64,000 nucleotides of DNA, taken from assembly GCA_964385405.1 (NCBI GenBank), contig CAYLOT010000002.1, forward strand, positions 62,168-126,167, written 5' to 3'. Positions 9,908-21,351 of the stretch are shown here, in pieces. Positions within the stretch are counted from its first letter, which is position 1, and each line of letters opens with the position of its first letter. The position numbers and the translations under genes are program-made. The notes under the pieces are model-generated. The model was not told the origin of the DNA. It saw nothing but the letters and a program-made list of their open reading frames with translations, and searched no databases. The stretch is from an uncultured Chryseobacterium sp. Its GTDB lineage: Bacteria > Bacteroidota > Bacteroidia > Flavobacteriales_D > Sanyastnellaceae.

Positions 9908-10651
9908 TTATGCGTTGTCGAGTTCCAACTTCACCAACTTACCATCGCGAAGAATAGGTATGCACGGAACGGTGTCTAGCGTTAGGCAATACTTTACGTC
10001 TTTCTGAATTTTTAATTTCATAAGTCGTTTGCGATGAGAGCTAGCGCGAAGGAAGCTATAAAAGTTGTCACGTGCTGAACGGTAAAGAAATTTAGCTGAA
10101 ATGGTGCTGTCTTCGTTCGAAATGAATTTGCGACTTTCCAATAGAATGTCCGCAAGGGCACCTGCGCAGATGGTATCCTCTAAATTCATTTTTTCTTTCC
10201 AACCTGAAGCGAGCAGAAGTACATTTTTGTTTTGTTCAATGAGCCATTTACTTAAGTAGGTGAGGTTGTTCAAACAACCAATTACGACAATGCTCTTTTC
10301 TTTAGCAACTTCTATGGCGTTAGTGCCATTTGTGGTGGTCAGCACAACAGTCTTTCCTATTAAATCTGGATTCATGAATGCGTATGGAGAATTGCCAAAG
10401 TCGAATCCTTCAACCACTTGTCCGTCGCGCTCCGCTGCGGTTATGTATCCTTTCGATTTGTAGTCAACAGCTTTCTCTACTGAGTTAATGGGAATAATCT
10501 CTTTTATTCCACAATGAAGTCCTGTGGTAATAGCACTTGTTGCACGCAACACATCTATAACTACCACAATATCGAATCCACTGTTGTACAATGGAAAATG
10601 ACTAGGGGCGTAACAGACTTCTACAATTTTTCTTTCGCTAAGTGTTGGCAT
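9908..10651 (-). CDS. 2-phosphosulfolactate phosphatase (ComB) family protein
   Basis: FDIVVVIDVLRATSAITTG core typical of the ComB family. 247 aa. Confidence 0.7.
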   Translation of the reverse strand: MPTLSERKIVEVCYAPSHFPLYNSGFDIVVVIDVLRATSAITTGLHCGIKEIIPINSVEKAVDYKSKGYITAAERDGQVVEGFDFGNSPYAFMNPDLIGKTVVLTTTNGTNAIEVAKEKSIVVIGCLNNLTYLSKWLIEQNKNVLLLASGWKEKMNLEDTICAGALADILLESRKFISNEDSTISAKFLYRSARDNFYSFLRASSHRKRLMKLKIQKDVKYCLTLDTVPCIPILRDGKLVKLELDNA

Positions 10652-10744
10652 ACAAATTTTAATAAGAGTATAAAAATAAGAAAAGAAAAGGAATGCGGTG
10701 AATTTGTTTATGCCATAACTAACTTCGCTTCCTAATCTGAACCC

Positions 10745-11689
10745 ATGCGTGTAAACAAATTCATTAGTGAATCAGGACTTTGCAGTCGACGAGAGGCCGA
10801 TAAGTATATCGAGCGCGGAGTTGTTACTATTAATGGGAAAAAAGTAGGACTTGGTGCTGAGGTGCGTCCCGGAGATGAGGTAAAAGTTAATGGTCGTTCG
10901 TTAGATCGTATGGAAGACAAACAAGCTGTCGTGCTTGTATTCAATAAGCCCACTGGAGTAGTATCCACTACAGATAAGATGGAGAAGAATAACATTGTGG
11001 ATTACATTAATTACAGTGAACGAATTTTTCCAATTGGAAGATTGGATAAGGATTCGCAAGGATTGATTCTATTAACGAATAATGGTGATCTGGTAAATAA
11101 AATTCTTCGAGCAGGAAATAAAAACGAAAAGGAATATGTCGTTACTGTAGACCGTCCGTTGTTTGCGGACTTCGCAGAAAAGATGAGCCAAGGTGTTCCA
11201 ATATTGGGTGTGCAAACGCGCAGATGCAAAGTGGTCGTGGAAACGCCTTTTGTGTTTCGAATAACTTTAATTCAAGGACTGAATAGACAAATTCGCAGGA
11301 TGTGTGAACACTTTGGTTACAATGTGACCAAGCTCGAGCGAATTCGTATCATGCACATTGGATTGCAAGGTTTGGCACTTGGCGAGTTCAGAAATCTAGA
11401 AGAGGATGAAATGAAAATGCTGAACAAGCAATTGGAGAAATCGAAATCGGAAGCGCCTGAAAAAAAGTCGACCAATCAATCGGAAAAATCTCCAGTGAAG
11501 TCAAAGCCAAAACCGAAAGCGGGCGGTGCTTCTTCATCTTCAAAACCCCGATTTAAATCAGGAAGTAAGTCGCATGCAAAGCCCGGGGAGCGCACCTTTA
11601 GAAATGGTCCAAGTAAAGGAAGCAGCAGCCGTGGTAGCTCCGGAAAGAGCAGTCGAGGGGGTGCCAAAAGAACCGGAAGACAGGCTTAG
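10745..11689 (+). CDS. 23S rRNA pseudouridine synthase, RluB/RluF family (S4 + RsuA domains) with basic low-complexity tail
   Basis: N-terminal S4 domain ([27 protein letters not shown]) and RsuA catalytic region ([19 protein letters not shown]). C-terminal K/S/G-rich tail. Confidence 0.8.
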   Translation: MRVNKFISESGLCSRREADKYIERGVVTINGKKVGLGAEVRPGDEVKVNGRSLDRMEDKQAVVLVFNKPTGVVSTTDKMEKNNIVDYINYSERIFPIGRLDKDSQGLILLTNNGDLVNKILRAGNKNEKEYVVTVDRPLFADFAEKMSQGVPILGVQTRRCKVVVETPFVFRITLIQGLNRQIRRMCEHFGYNVTKLERIRIMHIGLQGLALGEFRNLEEDEMKMLNKQLEKSKSEAPEKKSTNQSEKSPVKSKPKPKAGGASSSSKPRFKSGSKSHAKPGERTFRNGPSKGSSSRGSSGKSSRGGAKRTGRQA

Positions 11690-11718
11690 TGTAAAAAATA
11701 CACTAAGTATTTGAATAG

Positions 11719-13032
<1,314 letters not shown>

Positions 13033-13033
13033 C

Positions 13034-13060
13034 AAAAAAGGGCCGAAAGGCCCTTTTTTG
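13034..13060. terminator. bidirectional rho-independent terminator between convergent eno and the 1488-aa gene
   Basis: aaaaaagggcc-gaaa-ggccctttttt is a perfect GC stem flanked by an A-run and a T-run. Confidence 0.75.
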
Positions 13061-13061
13061 T

Positions 13062-16000
13062 TTATTGATTTAATTCAGGGTAGCGATCCAGTAAATCGTC
13101 ACGCTTTTTCTTTGAAGCGAGCATTGACCAAGAGAATTTCTTTTTGCCGTCCTCGAATCTTCGGTTTTCATCTTTTACGGCAGTAAGAATTTCCAAGAAT
13201 GCCGCGTCGGAGCTGATTACAGTGAGTATATTCAATTTGTACTCAAACATGTACCAAGTGGCTCCATCTATTTCTAAATACAATCTGAAAATATCACCAC
13301 TCCTTCGCTTTTCGATTTCTATTAACCCTTTGGTGTATTTGAAAATTTGTTTTTTGCCCATACTCGCAACACCTAACGGACCAGTTGTTGAGAAGGTCTC
13401 AAGCTCTTCATTCCAAACCCACTTTAAATCGCCGAAATAAAAGAACTGCTGAAGTTCCTCAGGAAGTCTTTTTAAGGTTCCATCGAGTGCCATGTCGGCA
13501 ATGATTTTGTCAGATTTCTCAGTTCCAAGGAATTCAATTAAACTCTTTTCAAACTGAGTCTTCGTTAAATCAATTGGATCCAAGTTAGAAGCGTTGATGA
13601 ATTTCTCTGTCAAATGCTTTTGAGCCCCTTCGTCAAATGGAAAGTTCAACAAGGTTGTGCTTTGTGCATTTAGTGTAGAGTCGTTTGATTGGAAACGAAC
13701 GGTTCCAACGGACCGCATCGTCATCATGCCGTAGTCGACATTAAAGTCCATAACTCCATCTCCAGTTAACTGGCAGTTTGTTGTATTTAAACCAAGTAAC
13801 TGACCTGGTAACTTTGGTTGACGGATTTTTTCTTTAGAACCAATGAAGTAAGTCTTCTTTCCCTTATCGTAGTATAGAAATCCAGTAGATTCTATAAGTC
13901 CATGATCTTTTTTGTTTGGTTTGGCACTTAGGAACCCGGGGTATATTTTCATCGGAGGTTCATCTTTCACAATAACACCAACCCCGAGCTTAGACATGGT
14001 CATGTCTCGCAATGTACTATCTACAGGTATATAAATTTCAAGCGGATTAATTTCAGATTTAAATTTGAAGAATGTGCGTGCAATACTCCCGCAATTATGG
14101 AGAATACGAACGCCTCCAGTAAAGGTTAAATTTGGATTGCTTGCATACAGTTCAAATTTCCCATAATATTCAAATGCTGGAGATAAAAAGAATTGGTCTG
14201 TTTCTTTTATTTCACCATAAGCAACAGTTTGGTAAGTAGAGTCTAATTTGAATGTGTTAATGTGAATCTTCTGCTCTTTCTTATTCTCGTCTTTATAAAT
14301 GATATCGCCACTTCCTTCATATTTCTTGCGTCCTTCAATTTTGAGGCTGGCATTGAATATTTTATGATACTGTGTAACAAAATTACTTATCACCTGAGCT
14401 CGCTCAAGTTTGCGCATATTTGCCCATTTCTCAATAACTACGTAATTACTATCTGGCTGAACTTTAGAATCGGCAACAATAATGTAGTCTATTTTTTTAC
14501 AAGTAATGCGGTTGTTTTTTACGTCGTACTTGGCGTAAGGAGATAGAAAGTTTAAACTGTCTTGATTTGGATCAATTGAATAGAAGTTACTTCGTTTCTT
14601 TTCTGCGTCGGTATCGATAACAAGGTCATTGTCCGCTTTGCGAGAAGAGGAAAGTTCCATTTCAGATTTGTCCATGAACCAAGTGAATTGATCCATGAAG
14701 CATACGTACAAATTGGATGGGAATTCAATTTTTGTTTCACCGCTGTTACTCTTGAATTGACCTTTTCGCGCGTCGAAATCTACATCGGCTGCCACGTTAT
14801 CAGTTTTAAATGCAAGCCCAACATCACCAGAATTTGATTTTAACTCAAATGCAGAGGTGTCGGCTAGTATTTTTCTGTTGCGGAATTTGAAATGTTTAGA
14901 CGAGAGTTTTGCACCCACAAAATCTGCTGAACCGCTTCCAGACATGCCTAAGGGCTCTAAACGCATGGTGCCCTTAAACTTCGCCTCTTGATTGAAACAT
15001 TCAACTAAGTCTTCGTTCGTAGTGACTTCTAACTTGTCTTTTTTTGGGAAGTATTGCAAATCCATTTTGCTGGCTTGAGCATCGGGTACATTGGCTTTTT
15101 TATCACTCTTGTTGGTGAATGACGATGCTAATCCAAATACCTCTTCAGGAACATATGTGAAGGAATTTGAAAGAGAAGTAGAAGTTAAGTAATCGAGCTT
15201 TCCTTTTCCCTTTAATCCGGAAAAATTCAAGGTCAAGTCTCCTGTAACTTTTGCTTTTCCTCCATATGCTTGGAAACCAGATTCGGTAGTGTTTATATGG
15301 AACCCTAAGCTATTGTCGTCCATTAAAACGAGAGGTTCTTTGATATCTGGAAAAATCCCGCCACTGACCAAAGTTCCTTGGAACTTCAAATTCTTTTTGT
15401 TGAAATTGTCAAGAGAATCTATTTGGAAAGGTTCAACTTCATAGTAAAATCCATCGCGTTTATATTTTCCATTTTGAATTGAATAAGAATCATAAAATAC
15501 GTTCGATGTTTTTGTACATGTTAGAATGGGATATTGGGGATAGTCTTTCGAGTGATAACCGCTTTTGTTTGTGGGATGATCAATTTCTAAAGTTCCAGAT
15601 AATCCCGAAAGGACATTCTTTACGCGTACTTTCGGATAGTTTCCAAAGTTGTCCGGAGCGCGAGTGTAGTCATCAACGTAAATTACGCAAGAATCAATTT
15701 CAGCCATCTCGAATTTAAACTGGTCGTATATGAAATTATATTTCGCGCCCATTAGCTCGAAATTTCCTGTATTTATTCTTCCACTGAAACTGAAGTCGCG
15801 ATCTTTGTGAAGAATAATTTCGCCACCCGTGGGATAGATCATTACTTTCTGGGAGTCACTCAAAAGAACACTGTTAACACCTTTGATAATGATGTCTCTT
15901 GTGAGCAAGCTTAATCGTGCATTCTCAGAGCGATTTACTTCCGAAATGAACTGAATAGCATCATAATCTGCATTTCCTCTGTTGTTTTCAATGTGTTTAT

Positions 16001-17528
16001 ATAATTTTTGGAGCAGAATGATGTTGCGTGATTCAATGTCGTATTGTATGTATCCTTTGTTAGTTAGGTCAATTAAAATTGGTATCCATTGTTCAACACC
16101 CGTTCTAGCTTGCCGAGCGAAGTCTACTGCATTGAAATAGTCAGACTGCATTGCTTTACCTGTTCTATACAAGATATAAACAGGGTGGTCGTTTGAGATT
16201 CCAGCAAGTGTTGTAAATCGTTTTTCTTTAAAGTAATCTACCGATTCAAAATCGGCATATCCACCGGGAACTGAACCGAAAGTTCCGAAGTTCATGTACG
16301 GAGCATCAATATTCCATTGAACCGATTCAAAATACATTTCAACTTCATGATAAGTATTCTCAAATGGAGAAGGTGAGATACCATTCTCAGTTCGAGATAA
16401 TTCGAGATTTCTAGTTTTTTTAGTGAACATAAAAAACAACTCGGGATGATAAATACTGTCAGAATCCAATTTCATTTTTATCGATGCGCTGCTGCTTTGA
16501 ATTCGATCAGGCCGAATCTCGAAAAGTAAACTTTGAGCGGTTAAAAAAGCTTTTTTCTCTCTGTAGAAAATAAGACTCGCAGGGGTATCCATTGTTCCCG
16601 TCCCTTCCAGTTTCTTTCCAGACATCGTGAACCCGCCCTCGTAGTCAACATTGGGAACAATATTTTTAATCTCTAGGCGCTGGTAATAGGATTCAAACAT
16701 GGGGTAAGATGCAGTTTCTTCCGTTTTGTTCCCAATGATTTTTTCAGTCAGTTTTCCAGATAACGGCTTGTCGAAGAATTCGTTGTAAAACATTACGCTG
16801 TCTATGATATATCGAGATTCTTTGATTCGGATATTGTATTTATTGAAAGATACATAGGTCTTTTCAGGGTCGTATCCTGCACGCTGCCAAGTTACCCGAC
16901 CGGCATTGCCGTAAAACTTTTCAAGGGTGGGAAAATAGTTTCCTGTTGTTTTGTAGATAACAGAACTATCGCCTCTGCTGAGACATTTCAAGTTCATTTC
17001 TTCGAAAGTAATATGAGGAAGAGAGTCGAAGACGAAGCGGTAGGAATTGTTGTTCGTCTTCCATTGAAGTGATTCGTTCTTGTAAAAAGTTAAATCTCGA
17101 AATAGTCCCAAACTCGACTCAACAAACTCAGCTCCGTATTTTTTTAATTTTTTATCGGAATAGATTTTAATGACCATGTCGTTCCATTCCTTCAATTCAG
17201 ATTCGCTTTTTCCTGAATTAGGGAAGTATATAAAGGACTGAATGTAATTGTCATAATCGGGAAATATTTTCCCTTTAATGTCAATGAAAAGATTGAGCGT
17301 TTCGCGAAATTGTTTCTTTTGAGCTTCGGAATAGACATTTTCTTCCAACCACATTTTGGAAAGCTTTTTTTCAATCTGTTCTTTGCCATAGTCTTTTCGC
17401 TGATCTTCAAATAGCTTAGTTAAATACCCCAACATTTTCTCATCTTCATCTGGCAATTTCTCTCCTTTTTGAGCAGATACAGCAAGGCTAATTAAAATTG
17501 TAAAAAACAGGAAAATTAATTTCTTCAT
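13062..17528 (-). CDS. large secreted protein of unknown function (1488 aa)
   Basis: Uninterrupted 4.4 kb ORF with signal peptide MKKLIFLFFTILISLAVSAQ. K/N/D/F/Y-rich with no recognisable enzymatic motif, and no T9SS CTD at its C-terminus. Confidence 0.6.
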   Translation of the reverse strand: MKKLIFLFFTILISLAVSAQKGEKLPDEDEKMLGYLTKLFEDQRKDYGKEQIEKKLSKMWLEENVYSEAQKKQFRETLNLFIDIKGKIFPDYDNYIQSFIYFPNSGKSESELKEWNDMVIKIYSDKKLKKYGAEFVESSLGLFRDLTFYKNESLQWKTNNNSYRFVFDSLPHITFEEMNLKCLSRGDSSVIYKTTGNYFPTLEKFYGNAGRVTWQRAGYDPEKTYVSFNKYNIRIKESRYIIDSVMFYNEFFDKPLSGKLTEKIIGNKTEETASYPMFESYYQRLEIKNIVPNVDYEGGFTMSGKKLEGTGTMDTPASLIFYREKKAFLTAQSLLFEIRPDRIQSSSASIKMKLDSDSIYHPELFFMFTKKTRNLELSRTENGISPSPFENTYHEVEMYFESVQWNIDAPYMNFGTFGSVPGGYADFESVDYFKEKRFTTLAGISNDHPVYILYRTGKAMQSDYFNAVDFARQARTGVEQWIPILIDLTNKGYIQYDIESRNIILLQKLYKHIENNRGNADYDAIQFISEVNRSENARLSLLTRDIIIKGVNSVLLSDSQKVMIYPTGGEIILHKDRDFSFSGRINTGNFELMGAKYNFIYDQFKFEMAEIDSCVIYVDDYTRAPDNFGNYPKVRVKNVLSGLSGTLEIDHPTNKSGYHSKDYPQYPILTCTKTSNVFYDSYSIQNGKYKRDGFYYEVEPFQIDSLDNFNKKNLKFQGTLVSGGIFPDIKEPLVLMDDNSLGFHINTTESGFQAYGGKAKVTGDLTLNFSGLKGKGKLDYLTSTSLSNSFTYVPEEVFGLASSFTNKSDKKANVPDAQASKMDLQYFPKKDKLEVTTNEDLVECFNQEAKFKGTMRLEPLGMSGSGSADFVGAKLSSKHFKFRNRKILADTSAFELKSNSGDVGLAFKTDNVAADVDFDARKGQFKSNSGETKIEFPSNLYVCFMDQFTWFMDKSEMELSSSRKADNDLVIDTDAEKKRSNFYSIDPNQDSLNFLSPYAKYDVKNNRITCKKIDYIIVADSKVQPDSNYVVIEKWANMRKLERAQVISNFVTQYHKIFNASLKIEGRKKYEGSGDIIYKDENKKEQKIHINTFKLDSTYQTVAYGEIKETDQFFLSPAFEYYGKFELYASNPNLTFTGGVRILHNCGSIARTFFKFKSEINPLEIYIPVDSTLRDMTMSKLGVGVIVKDEPPMKIYPGFLSAKPNKKDHGLIESTGFLYYDKGKKTYFIGSKEKIRQPKLPGQLLGLNTTNCQLTGDGVMDFNVDYGMMTMRSVGTVRFQSNDSTLNAQSTTLLNFPFDEGAQKHLTEKFINASNLDPIDLTKTQFEKSLIEFLGTEKSDKIIADMALDGTLKRLPEELQQFFYFGDLKWVWNEELETFSTTGPLGVASMGKKQIFKYTKGLIEIEKRRSGDIFRLYLEIDGATWYMFEYKLNILTVISSDAAFLEILTAVKDENRRFEDGKKKFSWSMLASKKKRDDLLDRYPELNQ

Positions 17529-17686
17529 TGTCGCAGTTCTAGTTCCATTACAAGGTTAACGCATTTTTTCTTCGATTCATTTTTTGAAAGGTTCGAAAAA
17601 GGCGCATATTTTCAACAAACCCACTCCTGATTATCGTGCCAAATTGCTAGGAGACTTCGTACCTTTGTACCCTAATCATTTTTGCA

Positions 17687-18868
17687 ATGAACAAAGAGGT
17701 ATTTATCGTTTCAGCCGTGCGCACTCCAATGGGAAGTTTCGGCGGGTCACTAGCTAGCGTTTCCGCTACACAATTGGGTGCTACTGCAATAAAGGGAGCA
17801 CTGAACAAAATCAACTTAAACCCGGAAGAGGTTCAAGAGGTAATTATGGGGTCGGTTCTTCAGGCCAACCTTGGTCAAGCGCCAGCTCGTCAAGCCGCAA
17901 AATTTGCAGGACTTTCAGATAATGTGCAATGCACCACTGTGAATAAAGTTTGTGCTTCGGGTATGAAAGCAATTATGATGGCTGCACAAAGCATTCAATG
18001 CGGAGATGCAGATGTAGTGGTTGCCGGTGGTATGGAGAGTATGAGCCGCGTTCCTTTCTATTCAGAGAATTTACGGTGGGGAAATAAATACGGAAATGTA
18101 GCCATGATTGATGGTCTGGCGAAAGACGGTTTAACAGATGTGTATCACAATTATCCAATGGGAAATGCGGCAGAGCTTTGCGCGAAAGAGTGCAACATCT
18201 CTCGCGAAGCTCAAGATGACTTTGCTATTGAATCGTACAAACGTTCCGCCGCTGCTTGGGCTGCAGGAAATTTCAACAATGAAATTGTTCCGGTGGAAGT
18301 TGTTGGAAGAAAAGGAGATTTGGTTCTTTTTGCTGAAGATGAAGAATATAAAAACGTTAGTTTCGATAAAATCCCAGGACTTCGTCCAGTATTCGCTAAG
18401 GACGGTACAGTTACAGCAGCGAATGCTTCAACCATGAACGACGGTGCGGCGGCATTGATCTTAATGAGCAGAGAGAAAATGGAAGCCCTCGGACTTACCC
18501 CATTAGCGAAGCTTACAGGTTATGCAGATGCGGAACAAGCGCCAGAGTGGTTCACAACCACACCTTCATTGGCTTTACCTAAAGCTGCTGCAAAGGCAGG
18601 GGTAAAGCTAGAGGATCTAGATTTAGTTGAATTGAACGAAGCCTTCAGTGTTGTTGGTATTGTGAACACACAGAAAATGAACCTTGATCCAGCAAAGGTG
18701 AACGTGAACGGCGGTGCTGTTTCATTGGGTCACCCACTCGGATGCAGCGGTGCGCGTATTGTTGTATCGTTGGTTCACGCATTGAAAAATCGCAATCAGA
18801 AATTAGGTGGAGCCGGTATCTGTAATGGCGGCGGCGGCGCGAGCGCTGTTGTAGTTGAAGCGGTATAA
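17687..18868 (+). CDS. acetyl-CoA C-acetyltransferase (thiolase II)
   Basis: VSAVRTPMGSFGG N-terminus, active-site Cys region NKVCASGMKA, C-terminal GLGHPLGCSGARIV and CNGGGGA. Confidence 0.9.
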   Translation: MNKEVFIVSAVRTPMGSFGGSLASVSATQLGATAIKGALNKINLNPEEVQEVIMGSVLQANLGQAPARQAAKFAGLSDNVQCTTVNKVCASGMKAIMMAAQSIQCGDADVVVAGGMESMSRVPFYSENLRWGNKYGNVAMIDGLAKDGLTDVYHNYPMGNAAELCAKECNISREAQDDFAIESYKRSAAAWAAGNFNNEIVPVEVVGRKGDLVLFAEDEEYKNVSFDKIPGLRPVFAKDGTVTAANASTMNDGAAALILMSREKMEALGLTPLAKLTGYADAEQAPEWFTTTPSLALPKAAAKAGVKLEDLDLVELNEAFSVVGIVNTQKMNLDPAKVNVNGGAVSLGHPLGCSGARIVVSLVHALKNRNQKLGGAGICNGGGGASAVVVEAV

Positions 18869-18877
18869 GTCGAATAA

Positions 18878-20743
18878 ATGAAATTAGTATTTCCAAAGCA
18901 AATCACACCGCGCTGGCTGATCTTTTCTATAGACCTTGCGCTGTGTGCTTTTGCTTTCATTGCGGCATACCTTATTCGATTCGAATTTGCTATCCCGAAG
19001 AATGAACTAGACCTAATGCTGATCTTCGCTCCGATTTATTTTGTAGTGAGAGCAGCGTTGTTCTATGTTGGAAAATCATACTCCGGTATCATACGTTTTA
19101 CAAGCACCCAAGATGCCATTCGTCTTGGTTTTGTATTGTTGCAAGGAAGCTTAGCTTTCATACTCATTAACTTCATTCGCAAGGGAATTAACGGGGCATA
19201 TCTAGTTCCGATTTCCATTGTTATTCTTGAATTTCTTGTAAGCGCAGCTCTCCTTATATTCTTTAGACTTTCAATAAAATTCTTTTACATGGAATTGAAA
19301 AATCCAAGAGGAAGTAAAACGAAAGTAGTCGTGTTCGGTGCGGGGGAAGGCGGATTGTTGTTGAAAAGAACGCTTGACAGAGATCGCAATTCTGCTTTGG
19401 AGGTAGTGGCTTTCTTCGACGACAATCAGCAAAAAGTTGGAAAGAAGTTGGAAGGTGTAGGCATTTTGAGTTCAAAAAAACTAGACGATTTCTTGGCTTC
19501 CAATCCAATCGAGGAACTTATTATCTCCATTCCGGAAATTTCCATTTTGCGAAAGCGTGAGTTGGTTGATTTAGCTTTGAAGTACAAGGTGACTTTGAAA
19601 CATTTGCCACATGCAAACAATTGGATAAACGGAGAACTTAGTGCAAAGCAATTACGCGAAGTGAAGTTTGAAGATCTTCTTGGAAGAGACGTGATTCAGA
19701 TGAGTTCGAATGAGGTGAAAAATATTATTCAAAACAAAATAGTTCTTGTAACCGGTGCAGCAGGAAGCATTGGTAGCGAATTGGTTCGTCAGTGTTTATT
19801 GTTAAATCCGGCGAAAGTTATTGCATGCGATATTGCAGAGACTCCCATGTTTTTATTGGGAAATGAATTGTCGAAATATTTCGATGAAGGGAAATTGGAA
19901 ATGGTCATTGGCGACGTGCGCAACGAATTGCGCATGCGACGCATGTTTGAAGCGTTCCAACCAAAAATAGTATTTCATGCTGCGGCTTACAAGCATGTTC
20001 CGCTTATGGAAGACAACCCCGCAGAGGCCGTTGCAACGAATGTGTTCGGTTCAATGAAGGTGCTAGAAATAGCATCGGAATTTGGCGCTGAACGTTTCGT
20101 TATGGTAAGTACTGACAAGGCGGTGAATCCGACCAATGTGATGGGGGCTAGCAAGCGTATTGCTGAAATGATTGTCCAGTCGAAAGACTCTTCGCTTATA
20201 TGCGTAACCACACGATTTGGAAATGTTTTGGGAAGTAACGGTTCTGTTATTCCAGTATTCAGAAAGCAGATTGAAGAGGGCGGACCAGTGACTGTAACTC
20301 ACAGAGATATTACTCGATTCTTCATGACCATTCCCGAAGCTGTGCAGTTGGTTTTAGAAGCAGGCGCTATGGGGAAAGGTAACGACATCTTCGCTTTCGA
20401 TATGGGACAGCAAGTGCGAATTTCTGATTTGGCGGAACAGATGATTCGCCTGAGCGGATTGGAGCCTGGACGTGATATTGAAATACAATATACCGGTCTG
20501 CGTCCTGGAGAGAAATTGTACGAAGAAGTGCTGGCAACAGAAGAAAATACCGTTCCAACTCACCACGAAAAAATTCTTTCTGCGAAAGTTCGAAACGTAG
20601 AAGCTGCCGAGTTGAAAGAAAAATTAGCTCGCCTCGAGAAGCAAATGAATCTTCAAAACAACCAGGAGATGGTTCGCGTAATGAAGGAAATTGTGCCGGA
20701 ATTCAAGAGCAATAACTCTGAGTTTTCGTTGCTCGACAATTAA
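18878..20743 (+). CDS. membrane-anchored nucleotide-sugar 4,6-dehydratase/epimerase (CapD/WbpM/PglF family)
   Basis: Four N-terminal TM helices, then two Rossmann regions (VVFGAGEGG; LVTGAAGSIGSEL) and a Polysacc_synt_2-like core (YKHVPLME, MVSTDKAV). Confidence 0.85.
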   Translation: MKLVFPKQITPRWLIFSIDLALCAFAFIAAYLIRFEFAIPKNELDLMLIFAPIYFVVRAALFYVGKSYSGIIRFTSTQDAIRLGFVLLQGSLAFILINFIRKGINGAYLVPISIVILEFLVSAALLIFFRLSIKFFYMELKNPRGSKTKVVVFGAGEGGLLLKRTLDRDRNSALEVVAFFDDNQQKVGKKLEGVGILSSKKLDDFLASNPIEELIISIPEISILRKRELVDLALKYKVTLKHLPHANNWINGELSAKQLREVKFEDLLGRDVIQMSSNEVKNIIQNKIVLVTGAAGSIGSELVRQCLLLNPAKVIACDIAETPMFLLGNELSKYFDEGKLEMVIGDVRNELRMRRMFEAFQPKIVFHAAAYKHVPLMEDNPAEAVATNVFGSMKVLEIASEFGAERFVMVSTDKAVNPTNVMGASKRIAEMIVQSKDSSLICVTTRFGNVLGSNGSVIPVFRKQIEEGGPVTVTHRDITRFFMTIPEAVQLVLEAGAMGKGNDIFAFDMGQQVRISDLAEQMIRLSGLEPGRDIEIQYTGLRPGEKLYEEVLATEENTVPTHHEKILSAKVRNVEAAELKEKLARLEKQMNLQNNQEMVRVMKEIVPEFKSNNSEFSLLDN

Positions 20744-20748
20744 AAAAG

Positions 20749-21351
20749 ATGGCGAGTTATAGAACCGTTTCTTCATCGGCCGATTCATTATACAAAGTAA
20801 GCGGAAGCAAACACATTGGAAAAACCTTTCGTCTTCATTCAGAAAAGGAAGCCAAACAAATCATTCAAAATCTTTGGGAAGAACATCCACAAGCCACGCA
20901 CATATGCTTCGCTTATGTCTTAACGGTTTATGAAAAGTTGGAACGAAGTTCAGATGACGGAGAGCCCGGTGGTACTGCTGGGAAGCCAATCTTGAATCAA
21001 ATTAAATCGGCGAAACTCACCGAAGTCTTGGTTGCTGTAATTCGCTATTACGGCGGAACGAAGTTGGGTGTTTCCGGATTGATAGACGCATATAAAAATG
21101 CCGCAAAACTAGCCTTGGACGCTAGTGGTGTTGAGGAATGCGATGTTGAGGTCCAGTATTCGCTTTCTGTTAGTCACGAAGAAACACCTGCACTCATGAA
21201 CGCGTTGAATAGACTTTCATTTCGAAAATTGAATACTCGTGTTGAAATGAATTTCACCATTGAAATTTCCATTAATGAAGAAATAGAAGCACAACTTTTA
21301 AGCGTCTTGAAAGATCTTCGCATGAATTCGCTCGAAATCAAAAAGAGTTAA
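20749..21351 (+). CDS. YigZ / IMPACT family protein
   Basis: ATHICFAY and GEPGGTAGKP motifs typical of the UPF0029/IMPACT N-domain. 200 aa. Confidence 0.7.
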   Translation: MASYRTVSSSADSLYKVSGSKHIGKTFRLHSEKEAKQIIQNLWEEHPQATHICFAYVLTVYEKLERSSDDGEPGGTAGKPILNQIKSAKLTEVLVAVIRYYGGTKLGVSGLIDAYKNAAKLALDASGVEECDVEVQYSLSVSHEETPALMNALNRLSFRKLNTRVEMNFTIEISINEEIEAQLLSVLKDLRMNSLEIKKS

